Source: Spirochaetota bacterium
Lineage (GTDB): Bacteria; Spirochaetota; UBA4802; UBA5550
Assembly (NCBI GenBank): GCA_050298055.1
Contig: JBNKTL010000001.1
Span: 1 to 64,000 of the forward strand
Reading direction: 5' to 3'
Length of the DNA stretch: 64,000 nucleotides
A model generated the notes under the pieces. It worked only from the letters and a program-made list of their open reading frames with translations. It was not told the DNA's origin and did no database searches. Positions 50,601 to 59,174 of this stretch are shown here, piece by piece. The position numbers and the translations under genes are program-made. The number at the start of each line of letters is the position of its first letter. The stretch's first letter is position 1.

Positions 50601-52383
50601 TCTGGACAGTCGTACGGATCATATCCTGAAGCTCCTGGGAGAAAAAGCTCCGGCGGATAAACCGGAAAATGAAATTCAGAACTTTGTACGAAATAATGGA
50701 AAATACGATCCCCTCTCTTCAATTGTTCTCCTGGCCCATATTAAGAACTTGTCCGGAATAAAGAATAACACTCCCTCCGGCGAAAGCATAAAGAACTACC
50801 CCCTGGAGAAGATCATCAAAAAATCTGAGATGACTGACAGGCTTCTCCTCTTCAAATTGCTCATTGAATTCTACCGGGCAGCGGGAGAAACAGAAAAGAT
50901 CAACACCCTTTCCGACAGATATATCAGCCAGTTAAGAAAGAACAGCTTCACGCATCTTCTGAAAACAGCTCTCTATGACAGGAGTATAATTCTCTCACAG
51001 CTTGATCAGTACCCAGTTTCCTATAGGCTTGCGTTAGAGGTATCCCCACTGATGAGTGACACAGAGCCACTCTTTCCGGACCTCCAGCTCCACCTGGTTG
51101 ACTGTGAGTCTCTTCTTGGTAAAAGAGGTCTCGCGTGGGAAAGGGCTCAATCACTTCTGAGTAAAAAACTTATGCCGGAACAGGAGTTGATCCTTAACCT
51201 TCTCCTCTCACGCCTTGAACTTCAAAGGCTTTCAAAAATGAAACAGGCCACTGTTGAAGATGCGAAAAAGTTTGATTCACTCTTCACCGGCTCCATAAAA
51301 ATTCTTGACCGGGATCCTCAGATGATACCGGACATTAAAAGGATGAAACTTGTAAACGAGATAATAGATTCTTACATAAATTACAAAATGAAAACCGGCA
51401 GCCACACGGACGCTCTTCTCTACAGTGAAATAAAAAAGCAGGTCAACTTAAGGCACAGGTTCAGGAACGTAAACAGCAGGAGGCTTTTGGATACCATTCC
51501 CCTTACAGGGATAATGTCCGGAATACCCGGTCATTCTCTTATGGCATCCCTTGTCCGCGTGGGGAATGATATATTTATCTGGATGCTGGGAAAAAACTTC
51601 AGGAAGGCATTTGTCATCAGAAACGGTTATAAGAGACTGGAACCGGTCCTCAGAGACTACTCTCAAATGATGTCCACCTTTGATAATACTGTCTCCGTAT
51701 CAAAAAGACTGAGTAGTTTATTCGCTCCCCTGTTAAAAAACCTTAAAGGGAAAAAATCTCTCTACATCATTACCGACGACTGTCTTGAAAAAGTCCCTTT
51801 TGAAATCATCGGTGTAAGGGAGATGCTTATTGACAGGTATAACCTCATCTATCTAACATCTCCAATGGCATTTCTCAGAACGGGTTCCTTTTCCGCTAAA
51901 ACTGTTTATCTCTATGGAGAGAAGAACAAGAGCATTCACCTCTACCTTGAGAATATTGCCATAGAAGAATCAGGCATTACTCATCAAACTGCATTAAAAA
52001 TTGATAAAGGTATCGCGCATATTCATTCAAGGATCAGTTACAACAGGGACAGTGGTAAACTTTATCTGGAAAGTGCCGAATACGGAAGAATTATCCGGTC
52101 ACCTTCAATTGTCTATCTCCCCGATCTGAATATCCGGGGAATTGGTTTCAATGATCTTTCGCTCATTAACTCAGAACTGGGTGTCAGCGGTGTGATTATA
52201 AACGGAGCTTCTTTTCATGAAATGAACAATGCACTCTTTGTGGATTACTTTTACCGTCAACTGCAGAAAAAAAGCACAATTCCTGAGGCATTTGATAAGG
52301 CAAAAAACAGGTTGAGAAGTATGAGCGCGTATCAACACCCGGCATTCTGGGCTGGGATAAGGCTTTACCTGAACAGATTATAA
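44605..52383 (+). CDS. Giant lipoprotein: TolB/PD40 propeller, TPR arrays, degenerate CHAT domain(s)
   Basis: ATGA overlap; FLSC lipobox; SPDGRRLAFVS and WSPDGKSIAFSS; TPRs; LEKVPFE; HPAFWAG at the C-terminus. Confidence 0.85.
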   Translation: MKQALLIFSLVLSLAFLSCGSKSKLLQEVFSYRGIMDKEFRFKTGDIVPVTSEQSVELDGDISLDGNYFYYSSNRDLGNYDIYMRLLNNITTLRITNHPSKDTSPSISPDGRRLAFVSTREDPEGDIYLVNINPDKLIKKAEESITELPSLDGSAKNLTQFQDPVTKTIRIIRDASPVWSPDGKSIAFSSTRGGGENIWTMERSGKKLTRVTSKGGRYPHFSPDGKEIIFISYREKGKGGDIYTINLATGKEKRITDTPSIELMPSYRGNSNEIIYTLIDRDTNGDGKITLKDNSVLSYYNRAVKKGYPLTLYSRSSFSAKWLPVLETQAYKGIIVYSDLVEGNININLIPETGIIPRWANALLQFMNANKFLTVENNREKYLLALERVYDFFGMKKDRESGIFTSKALSIAAYQYKNDGRTEKLNSILEKLKQLGEEKNIYSQTRYGYTLLKLRGKRGDGLISRNLQKAKADKSYGFFVPYLMEDLADEYLTTGREEKAAGTYSEIINSYPKYKRLISVHYKYAKLKYRTMTDPVSGSMELVLKKGTQYQKKEMAKHIVSIIEKSPAGPIKIRLLEGLLKKFPKEKSILGIAEFSLADNYLKEKNYKKAEEHYTLALKNISRSEVLFYRANTRLGDLALIDKNTDRAEKFISTAVNRYKEVWREPDIRKRALWLINYYESGGERAEDSGDYPRAIGLYRKYHRLMTFLNIRKFTVLYNKYGPRSHILYIDAYTKLNGSGKIDNLLKEYVGDIKRKRQDFDKAYIYGLAYIYALKAVHVEKQTGITGLNIPGLSDIRGMDKTGLEGLLLNFQNALEQVEWAIFLDDSFIEPYLLKSWIYMYVDLRRNAKEGEDDEEISRYFPKLLWEKNIEFLKKALSVNDESKQRENEGNILINMANSYFLINNFTEALNHYTGALKYKKNFGTKIEEAHFYFHTGYCHWQNNNLPEAGEEMKKALNIYNSLASGGNIRPFARQFFTFYKYFALFNRMDKNYPEAIKWYRKSMSFASRYGIKIDRARYLQEIAYCYYRSGDTDTAIENLKRAGELLKKYTPDEKTYKLTVNILKYISIPTIDLGQDAAVVGDNKIFTELTKRDKELFNISLLETISSESGNYRKAIEYQVEKIKLIKQKENIIDQVSLTTSLNNTGYYYYRLRNYPGALDYFNKAWKHASHEDVNDLEGAFTALMNLTDLYAFIIENNIGILKDPLKEISALVNSANSYKSSYEEIRYKQEFEKLKAEAKKEKRKVTEQEKTELRGQISEEANSKYSKIDTAVAILDFYRAELLSSKEIKPGAAGTESAYSYYKQSKAIYNIYSGSLKRFSDALKAAQAMNNRKLVIKLMMNMAACYSELGDTDEAYTQYLDALDLAEKYRYRDLLLNLSFKTGNFLLEYGEDVEGDNYMGEALSTLRKGRELFEKYPFLFPESFDLIKKSYRASIDILLKLNRGKEAFVYTEKMYEAVRYFLVAGTSPSFFKAKDKADYRQYLKETRTIKGLMEELSGLLETDAAEDSVEVIKLNSEITGQEKKITDLILGLEKQKRLLASYLSVKYRGIPEAENSSLIRLHKTGGDIAAWNILGGKIRYRIFHTGNEKWKEKLAEFIESAGKGKNLFVVLNRSSREILSDPDLGKRVTGDFMYIPSVSRINFYTSTKNKSFSSIYFSGTGLRSLVNQPGITITEKIPGKIDLGSYTALIDTRESGLLKPSLFFGKSVQSSFIVKDVKKIDYDYAALLAESALYSGIKTVVIAEGGDTSTLGSIVNTSYTGGFHSLNNNTTLKPRVLGIGYRGIDASRRKSILPQLQNSEFALYTENLKNRDFRSAGIHLNRWISGTDDAGSQKKFSDLLFRLNLLSGDLDAALRTIERDEKTGDKDPEKLLNSTLKKIYIFLYRGDFKLASELIKKAETSPAEKYYDYQVFKAIEELAVRGAEKPVVFQKEREEKTPGLKSLIPRARINLLYAEYLALFNKNVSALMPEALSGRDLSHREILKAAFLGLKVTDTAGLDSRTDHILKLLGEKAPADKPENEIQNFVRNNGKYDPLSSIVLLAHIKNLSGIKNNTPSGESIKNYPLEKIIKKSEMTDRLLLFKLLIEFYRAAGETEKINTLSDRYISQLRKNSFTHLLKTALYDRSIILSQLDQYPVSYRLALEVSPLMSDTEPLFPDLQLHLVDCESLLGKRGLAWERAQSLLSKKLMPEQELILNLLLSRLELQRLSKMKQATVEDAKKFDSLFTGSIKILDRDPQMIPDIKRMKLVNEIIDSYINYKMKTGSHTDALLYSEIKKQVNLRHRFRNVNSRRLLDTIPLTGIMSGIPGHSLMASLVRVGNDIFIWMLGKNFRKAFVIRNGYKRLEPVLRDYSQMMSTFDNTVSVSKRLSSLFAPLLKNLKGKKSLYIITDDCLEKVPFEIIGVREMLIDRYNLIYLTSPMAFLRTGSFSAKTVYLYGEKNKSIHLYLENIAIEESGITHQTALKIDKGIAHIHSRISYNRDSGKLYLESAEYGRIIRSPSIVYLPDLNIRGIGFNDLSLINSELGVSGVIINGASFHEMNNALFVDYFYRQLQKKSTIPEAFDKAKNRLRSMSAYQHPAFWAGIRLYLNRL

Positions 52384-52544
52384 TTCATGAATTTCACTTC
52401 TCTTTTAGTACCAGAGAAAAATTGGGAAAATTATGTAATTTTTTAAAAAATTTCTTGCTAATATAATAAATTTTAGACATTTATATTCACTTGTCTAATT
52501 TAAAATTTGCCTTTTAGTTTTATTACTGTATATTTAATTAAATT

Positions 52545-52679
52545 GTAGCTACTCAGCTATGTATAATAATTGGCATGTTAACAAAAAAACATAACTGATA
52601 TGTTATACCTGTGAAAATGATATCAATCTATCTTTTTCTTAAAGTATGACTATTTTTATGCATGGGAGATAGTAGTTAC
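52545..52679. repeat. Dispersed element, copy D (central hairpin lost)
   Basis: gtagctactcagctatgta...aaaacataactgatatgt...agtagttac. Confidence 0.6.
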
Positions 52680-52721
52680 CATTATAAAAATGCATATCTA
52701 TATGCATATGGAGGGTTTGTA

Positions 52722-53780
52722 ATGATAAGATTATCATTAACAAGAAAACTATTTATTGCTGCACTGACAATATTTCTTTTTTTGCCGGTATCCGGTTATT
52801 CCATTCATGTGGCCTTTTTTCTCGGTGACGTAAAACTTATAAGAAGCGGGAGAACAATTAAGGTCAACATGGGTGATATTGTTAAGAGCGGCGACCTGAT
52901 TAAGACCGGTAAGGGGGCGACGATTACTCTGAATTATAAGGATGGAAGCAAGATAACCATTCAACAGAACAGTACTGCCAGGATTGGCAGTAAGGGAATC
53001 AAGGATTCCGACAATGTTTCCCTTGTATCGGGGAACCTCTCGGGTACTTTCACAAAACTTTCCAAGGGCGGAAAATCAAAACGTGTTTACGGACCAACAA
53101 TTGTCTGTGCAATCAGGGGTACCCAGTTTAAGATGGGCGTCAGCAAAGGCGGTGACTCCAGGGTTGACCTTGCCGAGGGTAAGCTGAATATTAAAAATCC
53201 CTACGGATCCACACCTTTGAACCAGAACCAGAATGTTGAAGCCGGTGTTGGCTCCAAACCGGCAAAGGGGAGCCATGGTTCACTGACCGCATGGAAGAAC
53301 GGCAGGGACAACGATCTTAACAGAAACCCGGGCGGAAGAGGAAAACAATACGGCAGGTATATACAGACTTTTAACAATCAGAACCAGCAGGACAGCAAAA
53401 AAATGGGCCAGTACAATAACATGGTCAAGAGTGCTAAAAAAGCCGATGATATAAAAAAAGCAGGTTCTGAAATAAACGAAGCAGAACAGAATATTGAAGA
53501 CAATCTCATGCTGAACGAAGCTGCTAGTTCTTCCATTGAAGGAGTGATGAATGACTATAAGAACAGGAACAGTAAAATCTATGACCAGTTCTTGAGGCTC
53601 AAAAAGGAATCAAACAAGGTTGCCGAGCAACAGAGAAAGAACTATGAAGCAATTCAGGCCGTTAAAGAGGAATACAGAAAGGCATACGAAAAGATAATAG
53701 GTAAATTCCAAGATGACAGGGACAAAATCCTCAAAGGTATGGACTTTAACAAGATCAAGCCTGACTTAAATAAAAAATAG
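52722..53780 (+). CDS. FecR-domain exported protein with C-terminal coiled coil
   Basis: GDLIKTG..A..L...DGSKI, AIRGTQF, V...EG; ATG 52722 with GGAGG RBS. Confidence 0.85.
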   Translation: MIRLSLTRKLFIAALTIFLFLPVSGYSIHVAFFLGDVKLIRSGRTIKVNMGDIVKSGDLIKTGKGATITLNYKDGSKITIQQNSTARIGSKGIKDSDNVSLVSGNLSGTFTKLSKGGKSKRVYGPTIVCAIRGTQFKMGVSKGGDSRVDLAEGKLNIKNPYGSTPLNQNQNVEAGVGSKPAKGSHGSLTAWKNGRDNDLNRNPGGRGKQYGRYIQTFNNQNQQDSKKMGQYNNMVKSAKKADDIKKAGSEINEAEQNIEDNLMLNEAASSSIEGVMNDYKNRNSKIYDQFLRLKKESNKVAEQQRKNYEAIQAVKEEYRKAYEKIIGKFQDDRDKILKGMDFNKIKPDLNKK

Positions 53781-53800
53781 AACGAAATTATTTCTCATAT

Positions 53801-53833
53801 AAAAAGGGTGTCCGGTCAGGACACCCTTTTTTT
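53801..53833. terminator. Bidirectional intrinsic terminator
   Basis: aaaaagggtgtcc-ggtca-ggacaccctttt between convergent genes. Confidence 0.9.
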
Positions 53834-53859
53834 ATCTCGTTGAAATTATCTCGTTGAAA

Positions 53860-56800
53860 TTAATTATCCACGGTACTCCTGTTTAGCCGGGACGCATTCT
53901 CCTCTGAATCAATACCGCAACTGTTCTCATCAAGGTCTATAAGATCCGTAATGTCCGGATTGTCCCTGAATCTCATGACATTGAGCATGAAGATCTCCAG
54001 GTTGTTGATAATGTTCGGCGGAAGAATGTTGCCGTCTATCTCAACCGAAATCACCGGGAACTTTCTGCTCCTCGACCATGGAGTGATAAGACCCTCAATG
54101 ACCCTTCCGATGAGACAGGCAAAGGGAGAAATATTAACAACACCTGAATAATCATCCATCATTGCCGTTGAAGCCACACCACTGGAAATAGAAATCTCGG
54201 AATGAAGCTCATCCGATACAAAATGTTCATCGGCATTCTTCATGATTTCATTCATATTATGGGGGGTCTTTGGCACCAGCCCGGTCTCCTTGAGAGCATT
54301 TTTGACCTTGTTCTCAACACTGTGTTTCCAGATCTCTTCTATTTTCCATGATACAAGATCCAGAAAATCCCGGGTAAAAAGCTTTTTATACCAGGGGTGA
54401 AGGTTAAGGCGCTTTAATATTTCATGTTTCCTTGTGTGGTCACAGTAGTATATCCACTCTGATACACCGGAAACCTTACCGATTATCCCTTTTTTGCTGA
54501 AAAGATCAATGAGTTCATCAACTGCAAAATCATCCCTTCTTACATAGATTTCACCCACAATAAGGACCTTGGGGCACTCCTCTATGGTTTTCTTAAGAGG
54601 GATCTTCGCGATTTCACCGGCAATTGTTTTCAATGTCGGGATAATATTTTTTATATCTTTCTCTGCAATAGTTGTCAGATCATGCCATAATTCATTATAC
54701 CGGGCAAGGGCTACTTCAGGATCTACGGCACAGGTCCTGAGGGACGTTTCAACATCTTTCATGTAATCGGCAAGAATAACTCCCCACCAGGCACTCTTTG
54801 AAAAATCCTCTCCCAGTTCATTGTAGGAATTATCAGAATCAAGAACCACGTTGACAACATTTTCGAGCTTGAGGTCCTTAAAAAGATTTTCATAGAATAT
54901 ATAGTACTGACCGGTTCTGCACGGACCGGTTGTAGAAGGAACGAAGAGAAGATATATTTCATCCTTCCTGAACTTTTCAGATGTAAAATACTGCAGAGCG
55001 CTCCCCAGTACAAGCTGCGAGGGAAGGCATTCCTTACCCGACATATAGCTTCGCGCAATCTGGAGGGTAAATGTGTCTGGCAAAGGCATTGATTCTGAGT
55101 TTATCCCCACCTGCCGTACCGAAGCAGCCAGGACTTCAGATGAGAGCTGTCCCATGTTGGCAAGAAGTAATTTGACCTTCTTGTTGCCGTAGATTTCAAT
55201 TCGTTCACCTGTCTTCTCATTACGCAGGTGTATTCTCTCCTTTCCGTTATTGATAAACCTGAGACCGTTATCATACCTCTCGCCCTCGATCTCATTAAAC
55301 TTCAGCCTGTACCCGTCAATAATGTCGAGAAATGCCTCTATCCGTGTATCAATACCGGCATCCGCGGAGTGTGAATCCAGCTCCAGGATAAGGAAAGGCT
55401 TGGTCCCCATCACCCACTTAATATAGTGAAGTATGAACGAGTCGGGTGCGCACGAGAAATTGGTGATATATGTCACAAAAATATTTTTTATTCCCTTGAG
55501 CACGACGCTGGCTTTCATGTCCTGCTGACCATAGTACCAGTACATATTGTCATAGATCTCCTCGTTTTCAAAGGGAAGAATATCAAAGGGAATAACGGAA
55601 TATCCCCGGCTTGTGAACTTCAGAGGTATACCCATATTGGCGTCACGGGTAAAGGCATTGTATGGCCTGCCGAGGACAGCAATAACCGGGTGGTCAAGCT
55701 CCTCTGCTCTTTTCAGGGCTTCAACTCCCATCTCCCTGTATCTTTTGAAGAACTCTTCCTGCTTCCCGTTGGCAACATTAAAAGCAGCCTCTACTTCCCT
55801 GCTTGAAATACCGAGTTTATTGCCCATCTCCACAAATGATTCAAGGGCTTTGCTCAATCCGTACTTAAAGCTGATAACAGGGGTAAGGAAACGATCTTCA
55901 TCCATCTCCGAAAAAGCCTTTTTAATATAATAGGGAAGGGCCTGTGTGATGGGGCAGAAGTTTGCGTGTCCATGCTCCTCGTAACTCTTCAGGTCCCGGA
56001 AGTGTGGAACAAAGATGTAGTCAGAACCGTAGTTGACAATATCCTGCACCGCACCATGAGCTATCTCAGCGGGAAAACAGTACGACCCCTCTGTCCTGGC
56101 AATACCCTCGTGACAGATATTTTCCGAAAGATGAATATCAATGCCAAGTGTATGGAAAAACCATGAATAGAATGGCCAGAGCGTGTAGACAGAAAAAGCC
56201 CTGGGGATACCCACGGTATATTCCCTCTTCTTAACAAAGGTTTCCGGTGGAGCGGCATATTCTTTAAACAGAAGCCTGTCTCTTTCTTCGATGTAGTTGA
56301 AGACTTTCTCCTTATCAACTGACTTCTTCTTCCTCATATTTGTGTACTTATTACACCTGCCGCCGAACATATACTTGTTGTCATTAACTTTCAAAACCCT
56401 GATGGGGCAGTTGTTGTCACAGGAACGGCAGATGAATTCTCTCTCGTAGATAATATCCGACTCGATTATCTTATCCAGCTTAAAATCACCTTTTTCAATA
56501 AATCCCTCTTCGAGCTTGGTCCTGGCGAGGAGCCCCACTCCGAAACAACCGAGGAGTTCCGGGTCCGGGGGTATTGTTATCTCCTTATCAAGGAGCATGG
56601 CGAATGCAAGGGGAACGGCCTTGTTTTTGGCCACTCCACCCTGAAGGACAATACCGTTCCCGATGGACCTGTTTCCCACAACCCTGTTGAGATAGTTGGA
56701 GACAATTGAAGTGATAATTCCCGCTGTAATATCCTCCCTGCTTGATCCGAACTGGATGGCCTTTCTAATATCCGAATTAATAAACGCGGAGCAGTGCTCA

Positions 56801-58197
56801 CCGAATTTCAGGGGCCTTTCAGCCATGAGAGCGATGTTACCGATATCACGAACATCAGTGATATTGAGGTCGCCTGCAGCCGATTCCTCCAGGAAAGAAC
56901 CTGTTCCCGCGGAGCAGGCTTCATTCATCGCATAATCGATGGGGACTTTATTTTTCAGAAAAACATATTTGGCATCCTGTCCCCCAATTTCAAAAATTGT
57001 GTCGATATCGCTTTTGAAATAGGTGGTTCCTACGGCATGAGCAATAATTTCATTATATACGGCAGGTGTTTCAATAAAAACACCCAGGATCTCCCGGGAA
57101 GACCCGGTGGTGGATGCCAGGGAAATCGTTATATCCGCATCACCTATCTCACCCTGAACCTGTTTCCTTATCTCAACAAGACAGTTCTTCAGGGCCTTTA
57201 CCGGGTCACCGTGCGTCCTGCCGTAATGGGATGCAACGATCTCATCTGTTTCAATATCTATAAGTGTTGCCTTGGTTGTGGTTGAACCCCCGTCAATACC
57301 CAGGATATATTCACCGCCCGGTTTTACCTTTCCTCTTACAGGTTCCAGGTACTTAACTTTTTCAACGGCAGTATTAAGGCTTTTATACCTGCCAAATTTA
57401 ATCTCATGGGATTTAAAGAGTTGATCGAAAGAGGGAAAACTGCTCCCTGTTTTCTGGGCGAGAAGGGCTGCCCCGTAAGCCTCAAAAAAGGATGCATATT
57501 CCGGCAGTACAAATTCAACGTGGGGCATCTTCTCTTTGACAAAGGTAATGAGATGGTTGTTTCTTGTCACACCCCCCATAAGGAGGACTTTTCCGTCATT
57601 TACCCTGGCTTTCTTGAGAAAGTCAGATACTTTCATAGCCATGACATCACTGAGAGAAAGGACGATATCACCTTTTGTTGCCTCACCCTTGTTGAGTTTA
57701 TGGGTACAATCACTTTTCATAAAAACAGAACATCGGGCAGAGAGTTTCTTTACCTGGCACCCTGCCGGAATATCCTCTATCTCGTCCAGCTTCATGTCCA
57801 TCCTGCCAAGCTGCTGTTTCAGAAATTCACCTGTACCTGAAGCACATTTGTTCCCGGTAAAATTAGTAACAATTTTATTATCAGAATCAATGGTATAGAC
57901 CACAAAGTTTTCACCGCCAAGGGAGACAACGGCGTCAACATCAAGTTTTAATTCATCAAGGGCTTCTTCAATACATACAGATTCAAGAACATTATTCATG
58001 TTCAGAAGAAACCTTCCTTCGGTTCCTGTAACCATGCATTTCAAACTTTCAGGAAACTTGTATTCTGAAAGATGCTGCTTCAATGAATCGATAAAGTTAC
58101 CTTCATGTTCAACAACTTTCTGCCAGACAATATTTCTGTTCTCCAGAAGAACCAGCTTGATACTTGAAGAACCTATATTGATACCAAGGCTATGCAT
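53860..58197 (-). CDS. Acyl-CoA dehydratase activase fusion (two BadF/BcrA-type ATPase domains, DUF2229, HgdD-like domain)
   Basis: GINIGSSS, KCASGTG, GIDGGSTT, EIGGQDAK, NEACSAGTG, CFPAEIAHG, FSCAPDS, GPCRTGQY. Confidence 0.92.
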   Translation of the reverse strand: MHSLGINIGSSSIKLVLLENRNIVWQKVVEHEGNFIDSLKQHLSEYKFPESLKCMVTGTEGRFLLNMNNVLESVCIEEALDELKLDVDAVVSLGGENFVVYTIDSDNKIVTNFTGNKCASGTGEFLKQQLGRMDMKLDEIEDIPAGCQVKKLSARCSVFMKSDCTHKLNKGEATKGDIVLSLSDVMAMKVSDFLKKARVNDGKVLLMGGVTRNNHLITFVKEKMPHVEFVLPEYASFFEAYGAALLAQKTGSSFPSFDQLFKSHEIKFGRYKSLNTAVEKVKYLEPVRGKVKPGGEYILGIDGGSTTTKATLIDIETDEIVASHYGRTHGDPVKALKNCLVEIRKQVQGEIGDADITISLASTTGSSREILGVFIETPAVYNEIIAHAVGTTYFKSDIDTIFEIGGQDAKYVFLKNKVPIDYAMNEACSAGTGSFLEESAAGDLNITDVRDIGNIALMAERPLKFGEHCSAFINSDIRKAIQFGSSREDITAGIITSIVSNYLNRVVGNRSIGNGIVLQGGVAKNKAVPLAFAMLLDKEITIPPDPELLGCFGVGLLARTKLEEGFIEKGDFKLDKIIESDIIYEREFICRSCDNNCPIRVLKVNDNKYMFGGRCNKYTNMRKKKSVDKEKVFNYIEERDRLLFKEYAAPPETFVKKREYTVGIPRAFSVYTLWPFYSWFFHTLGIDIHLSENICHEGIARTEGSYCFPAEIAHGAVQDIVNYGSDYIFVPHFRDLKSYEEHGHANFCPITQALPYYIKKAFSEMDEDRFLTPVISFKYGLSKALESFVEMGNKLGISSREVEAAFNVANGKQEEFFKRYREMGVEALKRAEELDHPVIAVLGRPYNAFTRDANMGIPLKFTSRGYSVIPFDILPFENEEIYDNMYWYYGQQDMKASVVLKGIKNIFVTYITNFSCAPDSFILHYIKWVMGTKPFLILELDSHSADAGIDTRIEAFLDIIDGYRLKFNEIEGERYDNGLRFINNGKERIHLRNEKTGERIEIYGNKKVKLLLANMGQLSSEVLAASVRQVGINSESMPLPDTFTLQIARSYMSGKECLPSQLVLGSALQYFTSEKFRKDEIYLLFVPSTTGPCRTGQYYIFYENLFKDLKLENVVNVVLDSDNSYNELGEDFSKSAWWGVILADYMKDVETSLRTCAVDPEVALARYNELWHDLTTIAEKDIKNIIPTLKTIAGEIAKIPLKKTIEECPKVLIVGEIYVRRDDFAVDELIDLFSKKGIIGKVSGVSEWIYYCDHTRKHEILKRLNLHPWYKKLFTRDFLDLVSWKIEEIWKHSVENKVKNALKETGLVPKTPHNMNEIMKNADEHFVSDELHSEISISSGVASTAMMDDYSGVVNISPFACLIGRVIEGLITPWSRSRKFPVISVEIDGNILPPNIINNLEIFMLNVMRFRDNPDITDLIDLDENSCGIDSEENASRLNRSTVDN

Positions 58198-58496
58198 TTT
58201 TAAACCCCCGGCTCCTTATTAAAATTATTGAATTGCTAAATATAAAAACATTTATCAGTTGTCTAGTAATTATTATATTACTATTTTAGTAAATTGTTAA
58301 GTGCTTTTAAAAATTCTCTCAAAAATAGACAGCGTATCTCACTCCTCTAATTGTGAAATGGGCATTCCCTTTAGCCTATATATATACGTTATATTCTACA
58401 TTTCCAAGAAAAAAAAAGAAAAAATGATATTTTAGAGGTATCCATAAATATACTGGAATGATTTCAACAACAACAGGCAGAATCTTATTATAGCGG

Positions 58497-59126
58497 CTAT
58501 TTTTTCAGTTTACGATGATCAATATGTATCTTTTTAACTGTTCTCTTCTTAATTTTCGGCGCACCTTCAGGATTGTACTTCTCCTGTACCTCCTCTATTG
58601 GGTAAGTAATCAACATTTTTGCAACTTCCTCTGATTTGTTCAGAATATCGATAAGTATAAGGTTCTCATCATCGGTAAAATCCTGGTGAAGATACTTTTC
58701 CATAGTATGACCCTCGGGAAGTTGACCAATACCTACTCTGATTTTGGCAAACTTGTCCGATTTAAGAGCCTTTATCATGGAATTAACACCTTCATGATCG
58801 AGATTTGAATACCTGTAATCTACTCTCATTTCACCCAGCGCAAGAGATGAATCCTCAACAATACAGATAATATCATTGACATTAATTCTCAGGAAAGAAG
58901 CAATGTAGAGAACAGACTCACCGATAAGGTTAACAAATGTCTGTGGTTTCAGGAGAACGACATCAGTTTTGCTAATCTTCCCTCTGCCAATAATCGACTT
59001 TTTTTTCTTTATCTTAACTTCAATATTCTCGTTATTGCCAATAATGTCAATTACTTTGAAGCCGATATTCTGCCTGTTATTAACAAACTTCTCTCCGGGA
59101 TTTCCGAAACCGACAATTAATTTCAA
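58497..59126 (-). CDS. pth: Peptidyl-tRNA hydrolase homolog with substituted active site
   Basis: LIVGFGNPG, LKPQTF, IRVGIG; position after rplY; TTG start with GGAG RBS. Confidence 0.88.
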   Translation of the reverse strand: MKLIVGFGNPGEKFVNNRQNIGFKVIDIIGNNENIEVKIKKKKSIIGRGKISKTDVVLLKPQTFVNLIGESVLYIASFLRINVNDIICIVEDSSLALGEMRVDYRYSNLDHEGVNSMIKALKSDKFAKIRVGIGQLPEGHTMEKYLHQDFTDDENLILIDILNKSEEVAKMLITYPIEEVQEKYNPEGAPKIKKRTVKKIHIDHRKLKK

Positions 59127-59174
59127 TTAATTGTTCTCCATTAGTAATTATTTCCGGTTACAGAGAAACAGCCT

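Noticed and set aside
53833..53860. 14-bp tandem duplication tatctcgttgaaat
   Set aside because: Two copies only, next to a terminator; likely slippage
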